The notes under the pieces: generated by a model
What the model was told of the DNA's origin: nothing
Database searches by the model: none
Seen by the model: the letters and a program-made list of their open reading frames with translations, nothing else
Program-made: the position numbers and the translations under genes
In this document: in pieces, positions 1 through 11,700 of the stretch
Layout: each line of letters starts with the position of its first letter
How positions within the stretch are numbered: the first letter of the stretch is position 1
Assembly (NCBI GenBank): GCA_002633005.1
Contig: NMRA01000066.1
Location: 248,001 to 312,000 of the forward strand
Length of the DNA stretch: 64,000 nt
Reading direction: 5' to 3'
Source: Phoronis australis
Lineage: Eukaryota; Animalia; Phoronida

Positions 1-1564
1 GGGAATAGTTTTAACTTTGGTACATTTTAAATATTACAAAATGACTAAAACAGTTAATTTGTGTTTATCTTGATGAAGGACCGCTTCCCAAAGGAACGAT
101 GGTTTTAAATATGTTTCATACCGGTTTTCGTTATTTCGTTTTTAATACCCCTGTCTACGGTGTTTTTTTTTTCTTACCGGGAACGGGTTGATATGTTTAA
201 TGTTATTTTTAAAACTATAGTGGTAGATTTTGATCGCCAGCGAAGTTTAATTAAAATAGTTAATTGGGAACCCATCCCTGAAATTTCCAGACTACAGATA
301 CACGTAACATTTCACAGCTAACAAAACTACACGTGTCATTAGTTCAAGTTTAATCTTTATTAGAACTCAAATAATAAAGTATACAAAAGTGCAAATATGG
401 TGATAGTCAAACTGAAGATTTGGAATCTAGAGACAATTTCGGTTGCACTGGCTGAATGACTATTCTAGCTTTTTGTCAGTCATAAATGAATGATAAGTGG
501 GCACAAGTTAAATACAACTGTTTCCCAGTCAAAAAATGAGTGAAATGAGATTGAAAGAATAATTCATGTGATACTGTCAACTGATCAGAGTTAGTAAATC
601 CACCCAGTACATCAATACGCACGGTCGTTTATCTTGCGTAACAAATGTTTGTTGTTTTTAGCTTATTAGTTCATCGATTTTTTTGAAAATTGAAAACCTT
701 ACTTGGTTGTTTTTTCCAGCTGAATACCGCCGTGGTGTTCGTTTTTAACGAAAATTATTGGTCATTGCAATTTGAAAATTCGCCATTATGTACAGGCAGA
801 GATGTTTACTACAGTTTACGGTCGGGTAATTACACTTAATTGTGTCTTGCTCGCTCCGGAGAATGAGGTCATCACAACCATCCGACTCCGGCGCCGTAAC
901 TTCCTTGTAAGTGTATTATCCATGGTATGATCTGTTTTATTCCACAAATATAGCACAATAGCCGAACTTAGGCTACGATTGTTTCCGCGCCGATAACCAA
1001 GAAAATTTACTTAAAATGATACCAAACTTGGTTTTGGCCTATTAATAGCTAGGTATTGAAGCTGGCGCTCCCATCTAGTTCTCGGAAACAAGGTAATGCG
1101 CTGTAGCCCTCGACAACCCTGAAATGGTTCGAACGCAGACTATATGGTTCGAACACAATCTCAATGAAAATTGTGCCAATGGCAAGCGTGACATTGCTTT
1201 GGCGAGTTGTAAACGACAACCGTAGAGAAGTCGAATCCTACTCAGAGTGGGACGCCATGCTCGCATCCAGCTTGAAATGTGGGGGGCTCGGATTTTTGGG
1301 ATGTAGACCTTTAACTAAAAAAAAAAGCGAGGTACGTTCTGAGCTGTAAAATTGTGCGTTAGCCGAATTTTGGTAGTTCCTGCCTCTTTAGTGGACTTTT
1401 GTCTCGATCGTTATCTCAGACATTTTGTTTCTCCGAGGCAGGCCTTTTTGCCCACTTCGCCAGATGGGGGGGGGGCTCGAATGGTTGCGTGCTTGCCAAT
1501 GATGCATCATCAGGTGCGGACAGAACGAGCCGGTTGAAATTATATAAAACACTGAGGTATCCTT

Positions 1565-1940
1565 TTAAAGTGGAACTTCGCGCTAATTAAGTAGTCTGTG
1601 ATTGCTTGGTCAAATTAGTCAGTAGAAACACAACATATGCAGCGACGATGTGATTAGTATGAAGTAGGTTGAAAATTGCCAAATGTTTTTAAGAACGAGT
1701 TTTGTGTCGCAAATGACGCGCCGTAAACCAACCGTCAGTGTGTCCAATAAGTATCGTGACGTGTTGGGGAATGACACTGCATGTGATGATGCGGGCTATG
1801 TGAGCCCCCGAGGTACGTCATTCGTACAAAGGTCACCTATTTGCAGACATTTTTTGTGATTGTTCAAATACTGCCGGCATTGTCGTTTTGTTCCTGCTGT
1901 ACATTAGCATATAGTTAGGAGCATGCAAATTAACCTTTAA
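1565..1940. mobile_element. Non-autonomous TTAA-flanked element (Kolobok-like), copy 1
   Basis: Aligns along its length with 28142-28550; begins TTAA-AGTGGAACTT and ends CT-TTAA; TIRs degenerate. Confidence 0.65.
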
Positions 1941-2269
1941 GACGGAAGAATGTAGTTAGTCATGATATTCACGATATATTTTTACTAACATAGTGATGTT
2001 TATATTAATATCATCATTAATTTTACGGTGCTTACAAATCCTTGATGTTTGTTTTGGAGTCATTACTTCCGCTGCATCCCGACATTGCTTTTAGATAGTA
2101 AACTAGATTGCATAATGGTCATCTTCACAGAGTAATAGCTTAGTGGGAGACAACCAGCCGACCATTATACGGTGTTTGGCAAACACTATAATTGTGAATT
2201 TCTTGCACAGCTGTTGCTGTGTGGTGTAATGTTGCGTGTTGCGGGCCGGACATGGAAATTGAAAGAGTT

Positions 2270-3121
2270 CGTTCTTTCAATTTACTTGGTGTTACCATGG
2301 TCTACGAAAACTTGTTATGGAGTCCACACATAAAAAATTGTTGAGAAAGATAAGCAGATTCTGTGGTGTTCTTAAAAACCTAAAACATTTCTTCCCCTTT
2401 TAAACTTTGTAAACTTTACAGCATATAATGGTCTTGTCCTTCCTCGTTTAAATTATGGCATTCTGCTATGGGGGTGAACATAATATTCAAATTACAGAAA
2501 AAGGTTATTCGCGATATTACCTCTAGTTATTTTAATTCCCATACAGATCCTTTATTTAAGACTACACAGATTCTCAAAATTAAAGACTTGTGTGTTGTTG
2601 CTATTTTTATTAAATTTTCTAGAAATATATCCATAATTACTTAACCTCATTTTAACACGTTCAATTTTATAACCTGTCGGCCTGTTCATGAACATTACAC
2701 TAGGCAACGACATCTTCTACAAACTCCTCGTTGTACTAACTCATTTGCCGAATATTCAGTTCGCAATGCCCTACCTCATGTCATTAATAATCTTCCTGAA
2801 AGTGTCTCCCAAAACCTGTTTACCCATTCGTTATCCTCTGTTATGAATTACTTTAAAAATGTTTGTTTTGAAAATTATGAACTTGAGTGCACTGTTCCCA
2901 ACTGCTTTGTGTGTAACTATCTTCGATAATCTCTCCTCGTCCTTTCAAGCTTTGTAATTCTGATTATCTGTAACACTGTATTTTTTATTCTCTGGTGGCT
3001 CCGTGGTCAGGGGACTCTATGGGTCCTTCACGGCGGAGTCTTCATAAGCGTAAATCTGTATCAAGTGTATTTTTGTCTTTTAACGTGAATTAAGTGTATT
3101 ACCACTACTACTACTACTACA
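2270..3121 (+). mobile_element. 5'-truncated LINE (CR1/L2/Crack group), ORF2 3' end with (CTA)n tail
   Basis: Frameshifted LQKKVIRDITSSYFNSHTDPLFK...HYTRQ...INNLPESV...CTVPNCFVCN-stop at about 2929, short 3' UTR, then ctactactactactac at about 3104-3120. Confidence 0.8.
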
Positions 3122-3414
3122 CTGTGACCACACACAACGCTGTTATCTACATATACGTTTTACTCTTCCTATATTACATAGCATTGATTTAGAATTCCAT
3201 TAATTATGTACCAGAATGGATTTTAGACCTACATCGGTCGTTCCGAACTTGACCACCGTCGAGATGTACATCTTAACTGAGTGTCGTGTTGTATGATTGA
3301 GTTACATGTGCCTAACTGTCTAGCCAATGAAGCAACTCCAATGAAACCGTGAGTGACAATGAAACGCCTCGTGTGGAGATCTACATGGTTAACTGACCTG
3401 TCCCCTCGTCGTGT

Positions 3415-6400
3415 GTGTCATCATTAATTTTGTTTCACATTCCTGAGCCCTAACCTCACCTCGGCATCTGGTATTAATAAATAAGACGTGCTGATGTGAT
3501 CTATGTAAGGCTTGGTCCAGGCTTCCGTTTCACATCACATGTGTCAGTCAGTCAACCGACCTTTTGCATCTCAAACAGTTGTAAGAGTAAGTAGTAGTTA
3601 TTTATAACTACCGAAAATTTCACCCCGACAGCGGCCGACATGTTTTATCAGAAGCATGCACAGGGAAAATTGAAAAATCTTTCCGTGGACCGATCCCGAA
3701 TGCAGCAGCTCTCTTTGTAAACACTCCTGGTTATGTAGTAAATAGTGTATACAGCGTTACTGTGCAGTTATGATTCCTGTAGATTGTGAGTACTTACATG
3801 TGAACCTATTATTGTTTATAATCATTCCTTTGTGGCTCTAGACTCTAGTAATTATAGCCACTTAACTTTTATTTACACATATATTATCTCTGTGTAATTC
3901 TTCATCTTTATAGCTTAAGTTCCATTTTCCTCATGTTTCTGTTAAATTTAATGTCGTAGAAATAACCCGCCTAGCTAATGTTAATCTGTTCTCCGAACCA
4001 CGTTAAATAAAAATTCTCGTTTCTTCTTGATTCTTGTCATGGTAGCTCTAGTCTCTATGTTTCGAAGAGACGACGCTTTTAGTAAATTTGTTTGGTTTCA
4101 AGTTAAATCCACATGCATCGACAATATCTTTAGTTGTCACTCGGCCGGTCACAAGTGCCAACTTTTAAATCCGTAATAGGCCTAAGTCCACCGACCTTGC
4201 GGCGACGAAGTATCTCATTAGTCGCATTCTCATTAATATCGTTTGCGCATAGAGGAACACCCTTCGATGTTTCTTCCCAACTTGAACAAATACTCCCAGA
4301 ATCGAACAGTCCTTGGTTCAGTTGTCCAAATCGGCAATATGGCCATTTTTACACTACTCGCACCATATTGTGCAAAGCTTCCTACGTATGAAGGGCTTAC
4401 TACAGGACGTTGAGACGGTGGTACTACCTATCCCACATTGTGATCAAACTGTTGCCGCGTCGCGGCCTCCTGGGATAGAATTAGAAGAGTACAACGAACA
4501 GGCGAGGCGCCGATCAGGGCCTGGTCCTCGACTTTTCGTACCTTAGGTCCACCAAATAAGAACGACGTTTTAGACGAAATTGCATACTCAAGGTCTATTG
4601 AATGCCAACTACTGTTCTGTGGTGGGGAATTATTGAAGCAAATGTCAATATAAACCTTCACAGTTTGTCTTAGTATATTGTGTCATTTGTGTAACTGACG
4701 AGTATGCTTGTAGGGGGTAAAATCTCACTGGTTTAGCTCAAAAATAATTGTAAAATTGTTCTTGTTCGTTTTTCGAATTCTTATAACATTGTTAATTATT
4801 CACAATTTCTCAATGTCATTTTCTGACGGTAGCTACAATATACACTGTAGAACGTTAAAAACGATATATAGCATTTAAGTGGTGTTGCTTATCTTTCAAG
4901 AAAAGAATGTAAAATTGAGAATTTTTCATTTGACGGCCACATTGCGTCCTAAATTGGTTAGATTTTACCGTAATAATTTACTTTCGTTTTATTCAGCAAC
5001 CCGTCGAGTCAGTGCTTTTTCGGGTGTACGCTCTGTACGGAGATCCTGCTAACTATAGGGGCCATTTCAAAATCTTTGTGGAAGATTGACACCTGAGTTG
5101 CTAATGCCGGGGTGCCCGAATTTTATCATCAACGTCAACATTTACAGAAACACCAATTTCTTAAAGGGTTGATTTCAAGGAGATAGGCAATCAGTTAGCA
5201 CACTCTGCTGTTTGCAATAGGATGACAGTTTTTCCGAATTTCAGCCAGCATAGAAGTAACTGAAGCATCGCCAGCCTCTAAAAGAGTATCTGGTGAATAA
5301 TATTTGAACCAGTCGTGATTGATGCTGTCTGTTCGTTTCACAAATTTAGCACAGCGTTAACAGCCGGACCAACGATATTTCCCTGGCCGGAAAGCAAGTT
5401 AATTTAACTAAAATGATACCAAACCCTGAAACAAAATAATGCACTGAAACCCTTGACAACCCACAATTGTTTCGAACACAATCTTAAAATTCTTTTGGAG
5501 GGGGCTGAACGGGCTAAGCGTGACCTACGCTTTAGGCAAGTTACACAACTGTGGGTAGACCACAGTTTTTGATCGAATCCTACTTTTATCACTCAAATGG
5601 GACACTAACGATGTGTTAGCAGGAGGCAGAACGCGGAAGTCGGATTGGTCGAAATCACAAATCATCGCCTGAGGCCTGTGTGGGGATCTGGATACCTAAC
5701 CTGTTCCTAGATCGTCAGTTGTGTCATTTTGTTTGCATTCCTGAGCCCTACCTTCACCTCTATAAGCTTGCCTTTGTCATCTATAATGCTTGGCTCAGCT
5801 TTCAGTTTCACAGAATGTGTTTCAATCACTGCTTGTTACTCAAACAGTTGAAAGGGTAAGTAGTATTTACCCATAACTGCCTGCAAATTTCAACCCAACA
5901 CCGGTCGACATTTTTTATCAGCATTGCATACCGTGTATGGAAAATTGAAAAATCTTGCTTTGGAGATCTAGTCTCGGTATATCGAAGAGAGGACGTTTTT
6001 AGTATATTTTTGGTTTCAAATTAAATCCACATGCATCGAAAGTATATTTATTTGTCACTCGGCCGGTCAAAATTGTCAATTTTAATCTACAATAAATCTG
6101 GGAGTAATACTCCATTATAGTCCTAGAATGAATCCAGCATCTACATGTATTTGCTGCGCTCATTTAGACAGTCGTCTAGACAACTGGCCGTGCTAGAGAT
6201 GGTACATGTATGCCATGCCATAGGCCTTGCGTATGTTGCAAGCTTTTCGGAGAATTATTCCTTCTGTCACACTGATTAAACTATCAATGCCACCTTTTGC
6301 GTATAGAGGGACACGTACTTAAGAGGCCGTCGATCTCTTTAACTCTTTTCAGCTCCAACAAATACTCGCACAATCAAACTTTTTTTGAACAGTCCATCGG

Positions 6401-6445
6401 CAGTTGCTCAAATCGGCAACTGGTCATTTTTACACTCCTCGCGCC
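3415..6445 (+). repeat. Local diverged duplication upstream of gene A (about 3415-4370 and 5720-6445); candidate duplicated promoter and non-coding first exon
   Basis: Colinear blocks cattcctgagcccta, ctcaaacagttg...gtaagtagta, ggaaaattgaaaaatctt, ttaaatccacatgcatcga, ttgtcactcggccggtca, aaatcggcaa...catttttacact. Confidence 0.75.
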
Positions 6446-6619
6446 AGAAGGCTGACATAATATCCCGAAAACCTTCCGACGGAGGGAGGGCCTATGAAAC
6501 GGACTACCGCCGTCTCTACTTGTCGCAGAATGTGTTATTGTGTTTTGACATCATGTTGGTTTAGTCGTTGTATTACATAACTTTGTGTTGTTGTTAACCA
6601 CCACCTCCTTTTACCACTT

Positions 6620-7765
6620 TCTTGGATGTTTTTTATGTAAGTCTCATCTCTTATCTGATAGTGTACGTGACACTATCTCTGCCTCCATTTTTCTCTTGTG
6701 GCTTGTTTCAAAGAGTTGTCTTTGTGGGTGTCAAAAACCAGACTGATATCGTCATAACCTCTAGTAAAGAAAATCACTTTCATACTATCCACACTTGCAG
6801 TTTTGTGGCTTGGGTGAACACACTTATTGGATGGTGTTTACATGTTTTCTGGGTCTAAAACCTCTCTTGCAGCTTAAGGACTGTCCTGTTCTACGACGTC
6901 TGCATCGGAAAGTTTCTGCAGAAAGTGTATGCGATTCAATTTCTCTGTGCATGACGGCATTGCCCCACTGGCAGCAAAGATTGCTCTTGGTGTTTGGGTG
7001 AATTCAAAGTGGCCGATAGCAAGTTTCTGATCGATTTGCCCAGCAGGCTACAACTCCTGTTGTTCTCATCATTGATCCTCAGCCTGGTTACTGCCAAACT
7101 TATCTGCCATCCGACTGCCAAATACAAAATGTATTTCCATTGAGTAGAGGAGAACTGGATTCCAAAGTGAACAGTGAAAACAATAACGAAATCTTCAAAA
7201 GATATGTCTCAAATGTCTTTTCAAAAAGAAATAGGTATATACACTGTAAATATAGGTTAATCTGCGTTTCTGTGATTCCCTTAAATATTCTGGGGGTTTG
7301 TATGTGCTATTAAAATCATTTAGATTATATATAAGATCATTTTAGAAATAGTGTTTTTCAATTCCTTACCCCACAAACTGTGGGTGCAGCCATTAAAACT
7401 AACATTCTAAGCGACCTAAGAGCAGCTGAGCAAAATGTATTTTACGGGCGCCATTTTTGAAATTTTAAGATGGCCACCAAGATGACCGCAAAAAAATTAA
7501 AATTTTTAATTCACTGACCTCAGAACTGCAGGTATAGCCATGAAAGCTAACATTCTCAGTGACCTAAGTGCGGATATTTTGGACAAAATCCATTTTACCG
7601 GCGCCATTTTTGAAAATCCAAGATGGCCTCCAAGATGGCCACCGAAAAAATGGAATCAATTATTTTCTGATTCGTCATTCCATGGGGTTTCCAAAAATTT
7701 ATAGTTTTCACTTTCCCCAAAAAAATCCTACGAATGTCAAAATTTGGACATAGTGAACCTGACTA
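6620..7765 (-). mobile_element. Academ-like DNA transposon relic 1
   Basis: Minus-strand fragments IDQKLAIGHFEFTQTPRAIFAASGAMPSCTEK and GYDDISLVFDTHKDNSLKQATREK...YQIRDET; candidate terminus starting TAGTCAGG at 7765; repeated subterminal ggcgccatttttgaaa. Confidence 0.62.
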
Positions 7766-8417
7766 TGCCCCGGCAAATTACGATTTTCGTTCATCCAAAA
7801 CATAAAGAGCAGTTTCCGCTTTTCTAGTCGTCGGCAACGCCGCGGCTAGAAACCAATTTACGGCGAAAGTTTTATGGCCAATCCGATTTTTTCCGCGGAA
7901 ATATAACAAAAATGCGAGGAGGGAATAAGAGAAAAAAGCGGACAATTCCAATCCTTCTAATAGACAACTAATAGATATTAAAGTGACACCGCTAAATCAT
8001 TCTTGGCTGATTGCCCACAATGAATGAAAACGATTTGAATTTTCACGTGACTATCCTGACAACTCAAGTAAGCCATAAATCAAGTTAATTTGTTTTCCTT
8101 CGCCCAAGCGACCCGGTAAAACAAGCGCGCTGCTCAACACGCGTGCTCGTGTACATAGGCTCGAAAGATCTTTAATCATACAGTCGAACTAATTTTGTAA
8201 CAAAAATTGAGCTTATCCCGACAATGAAAAGTGGAATAATAAACATTTTATGACCTACTTTCTCAACCCTGGGTAGTGAATGTAGGGCACGGACAGACGA
8301 ACAATATTATTATGGGTGTGACGTCATTTGATTGGCGTTGTTTAAATTGTAAAAGTTCATAATAGTGGCAATTGAGTAAAAATTGTTCTTCAAGTTGTTC
8401 TCTTGTCTTGCATCGGA

Positions 8418-8560
8418 NNNNNNNNNNNNNNNNNNNNNNNNNNNNNNNNNNNNNNNNNNNNNNNNNNNNNNNNNNNNNNNNNNNNNNNNNNNNNNNNNNN
8501 NNNNNNNNNNNNNNNNNNNNNNNNNNNNNNNNNNNNNNNNNNNNNNNNNNNNNNNNNNNN
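8418..8560. other. Assembly gap
   Basis: N run. Confidence 0.99.
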
Positions 8561-8645
8561 GAGATATGCAGATATTATAGACCTCAAAATGTGATCGATT
8601 GCCCGCGGAGACTAAATTCCATTGATATTCATTTCAGTTGCAACC

Positions 8646-8715
8646 ATGTTCCGTCCGTGTTGTCTGGTAGTACTGTGGTCACTATTTCTCTTCGTCGGAT
8701 TGTCAACTACACAAA
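8646..8715 (+). CDS. Gene A exon 1: signal peptide MFRPCCLVVLWSLFLFVGLSTTQ
   Basis: Acceptor atttcag ends at 8637; ATG in ACCATG context; hydrophobic core; donor gtaagt at 8716, phase 1. Confidence 0.75.
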
Positions 8716-11700
8716 GTAAGTAATAGCGCGTTGTGAAAATTGATGTTTTACACACAGATGTCTACTTCTAGTCGAGAATTATCAAATTCTTGACACGTCC
8801 AGTAACGCTTCTTGTTCACAGCTGAAAGCTAGTGAAATCACGTGCTCCGTTATTAAGTTTATTGACTAACCCCGGTAATTAACATTCGGTTGAAACCAGA
8901 TATAACAATGTGTCCAGTTTTATTTTTGTGTGCATGTGTGTGGGGGAGAGGCTCAAACCAGATTGCAACTGTCCAAGTCAGATCACCGGCGCAATCGGTG
9001 TCCCGTTTTTTTTTGTTTTTTCCGACCCTCTTATATTTTAGGCTGGGTGCTCCCACGCAATCGTGCTTTGTGCGATTCCCGGAGACAAAATGTTGGGCCC
9101 TCCCCCTTGTGAAATCCAGGATCCGCCACTAAAATTTCAGTTCAACTTGTTTCAAGGTTGAGGGGAAGTTCATGAAATTACCCGAGGCATTCAATGGGAT
9201 CTCTTTGAGCTAAAGCTGACAAAAAAATAACTTCATGCATATTTTAGGAATCCAATGGTTTGTGGGAGTGTCTCCTTTCCAGCTGATCATCTTATCCGTC
9301 TTGTAAACAACTAATAATCAAGCTCTGTACAATTATAAACTTAGCTAAAACAAAACGAGTTAATAACTAGATTCACATGCGGGTATTAAAGTCATCGAGG
9401 CATTTTTAAACAATTATAAAAAGTATGCGGTGTGATTTGTAAACCGGCAAGAGATCCCAGGCCATAACGGCCGCGATTCCCGGTCAAGTAATTGGGGAAT
9501 TATGTCTTTTCACGGTCTTATAATGACCGTTTAAGCACTTCATGGGTCACATGTTTACATTGCTTTACGTTACCAATATTTTAACACCTCGATAGTATTT
9601 AAAGTTTCACATTTTCTTCTGAAAATTCCCCGGCTTCCATAAAGCCGTCGTGCTTTTGTTCACATTATCGTTCATCATCAATATGGCGGACCGCGTGTCA
9701 CGCGCTGTCTGGCTTGCGAGTACAGTCGTGTTACGTCTATGTATATAGCTCATCGATTATGAGCACATCGCAGTCTAGCATCAACTTATAGAAAGCATGT
9801 TAGTAAGCAGTTCTGTGCATATTCTCAGAAAGTACATTTGAACAAGTGAGATTTAGTTATATTTCGGAGCGCAAGGCCAAATTTCACTGCTCATGAAGCA
9901 GGCTCGCAAAGGTTACAGGTTCCGTAGAGCCAAGATAATAGCAAGGAGTGTAGTATTACACTCCTTGATATTAGCAAAAAAGCAATATCATGCAACAGTC
10001 TTTGTGAGGCATAGCCATGCATTGCAGGGTTCATTTAACAAAATTTGTCTACGCAAAGCAATGGGCCACTCTAGCTTTACTTGCAGTTGTCTTGCGTCTA
10101 GTTGCGGAACGCGCACCAGGAGGCGAAATCAGTTTTGGCGAATAAAAAAACAATGTTTAGTATTAATAGTAACATCATAATGTTTTGAGCATAAAAGTTG
10201 CTTAAAGTGCGTACACCTCCGAGTCAATTTATTATAAATGTCACATGCCTTTTTCAGCTGTATGCAACTGTCCTAACATCACCTCATTGACTGATCGTTG
10301 CCCTTCGACGTACATGTATTACTCTCGGCCGGTGACTGTGAAGACATTTGGTGACCGATGCAGCTGTTCAAGACTGTGGTGCCGTCGTAGATATGGTATT
10401 TTATATGCGTGATGACTACTTTTTGCTTGAATTTAAAGAAAATGGTTAGATTTGGCAGAAATGAGAGAATAAATATTGTGCGTTCTTAAAACGATGATAA
10501 TTTATCACAGGATTCGTTAATTTTGTTACGGGAAAGAGCGTCTAGGACCCGTATCGGTTGTTTCGTTGAACATTTGTCGATCAAGGATTTTAAGAACAAT
10601 TGCCAATGCTTTCAGTTCAACAAACAGAATGTCTGCCTGGATGGAACGTCACTGAGATAAATTCCTATACAAAGATTTGCTCTAAGAAATTAAAGGGATT
10701 ATACACATGGCAGACCGGAAAACAAAAATGCGGTGCAGCATTCATGGCATGGGCACTTCGTAGGTATGATGGTGCCAACATTATGAGAGAAGTTATGGGT
10801 AAGTGCGCAAACGTAATGTGTATTTCCGTTGTTTATTTTACCCTGTATTCATACGCGTAGCTATTTTGGGATAGCCTAACAAAGAGAGGGTGAAGAAGGA
10901 AGGCGAGAATGGAGAGTGGGTGTGAGAAAGAGAGAGANNNNNNNNNNNNNNNNNNNNNNNNNNNNNNNNNNNNNNNNNNNNNNNNNNNNNNNNNNNNNNN
11001 NNNNNNNNNNNNNNNNNNNNNNNNNNNNNNNNNNNNNNNNNNNNNNNNNNNNNNNNNNNNNNNNNNNNNNNNNNNNNNNNNNNNNNNNNNNNNNNNNNNN
11101 NNNNNNNNNNNNNNNNNNNNNNNNNNNNNNNNNNNNNNNNNNNNNNNNNNNNNNNNNNNNNNNNNNNNNNNNNNNNNNNNNNNNNNNNNNNNNNNNNNNN
11201 NNNNNNNNNNNNNNNNNNNNNNNNNNNNNNNNNNNNNNNNNNNNNNNNNNNNNNNNNNNNNNNNNNNNNNNNNNNNNNNNNNNNNNNNNNNNNNNNNNNN
11301 NNNNNNNNNNNNNNNNNNNNNNNNNNNNNNNNNNNNNNNNNNNNNNNNNNNNNNNNNNNNNNNNNNNNNNNNNNNNNNNNNNNNNNNNNNNNNNNNNNNN
11401 NNNNNNNNNNNNNNNNNNNNNNNNNNNNNNNNNNNNNNNNNNNNNNNNNNNNNNNNNNNNNNNNNNNNNNNNNNNNNNNNNNNNNNNNNNNNNNNNNNNN
11501 NNNNNNNNNNNNNNNNNNNNNNNNNNNNNNNNNNNNNNNNNNNNNNNNNNNNNNNNNNNNNNNNNNNNNNNNNNNNNNNNNNNNNNNNNNNNNNNNNNNN
11601 NNNNNNNNNNNNNNNNNNNNNNNNNNNNNNNNNNNNNNNNNNNNNNNNNNNNNNNNNNNNNNNNNNNNNNNNNNNNNNNNNNNNNNNNNNNNNNNNNNNN

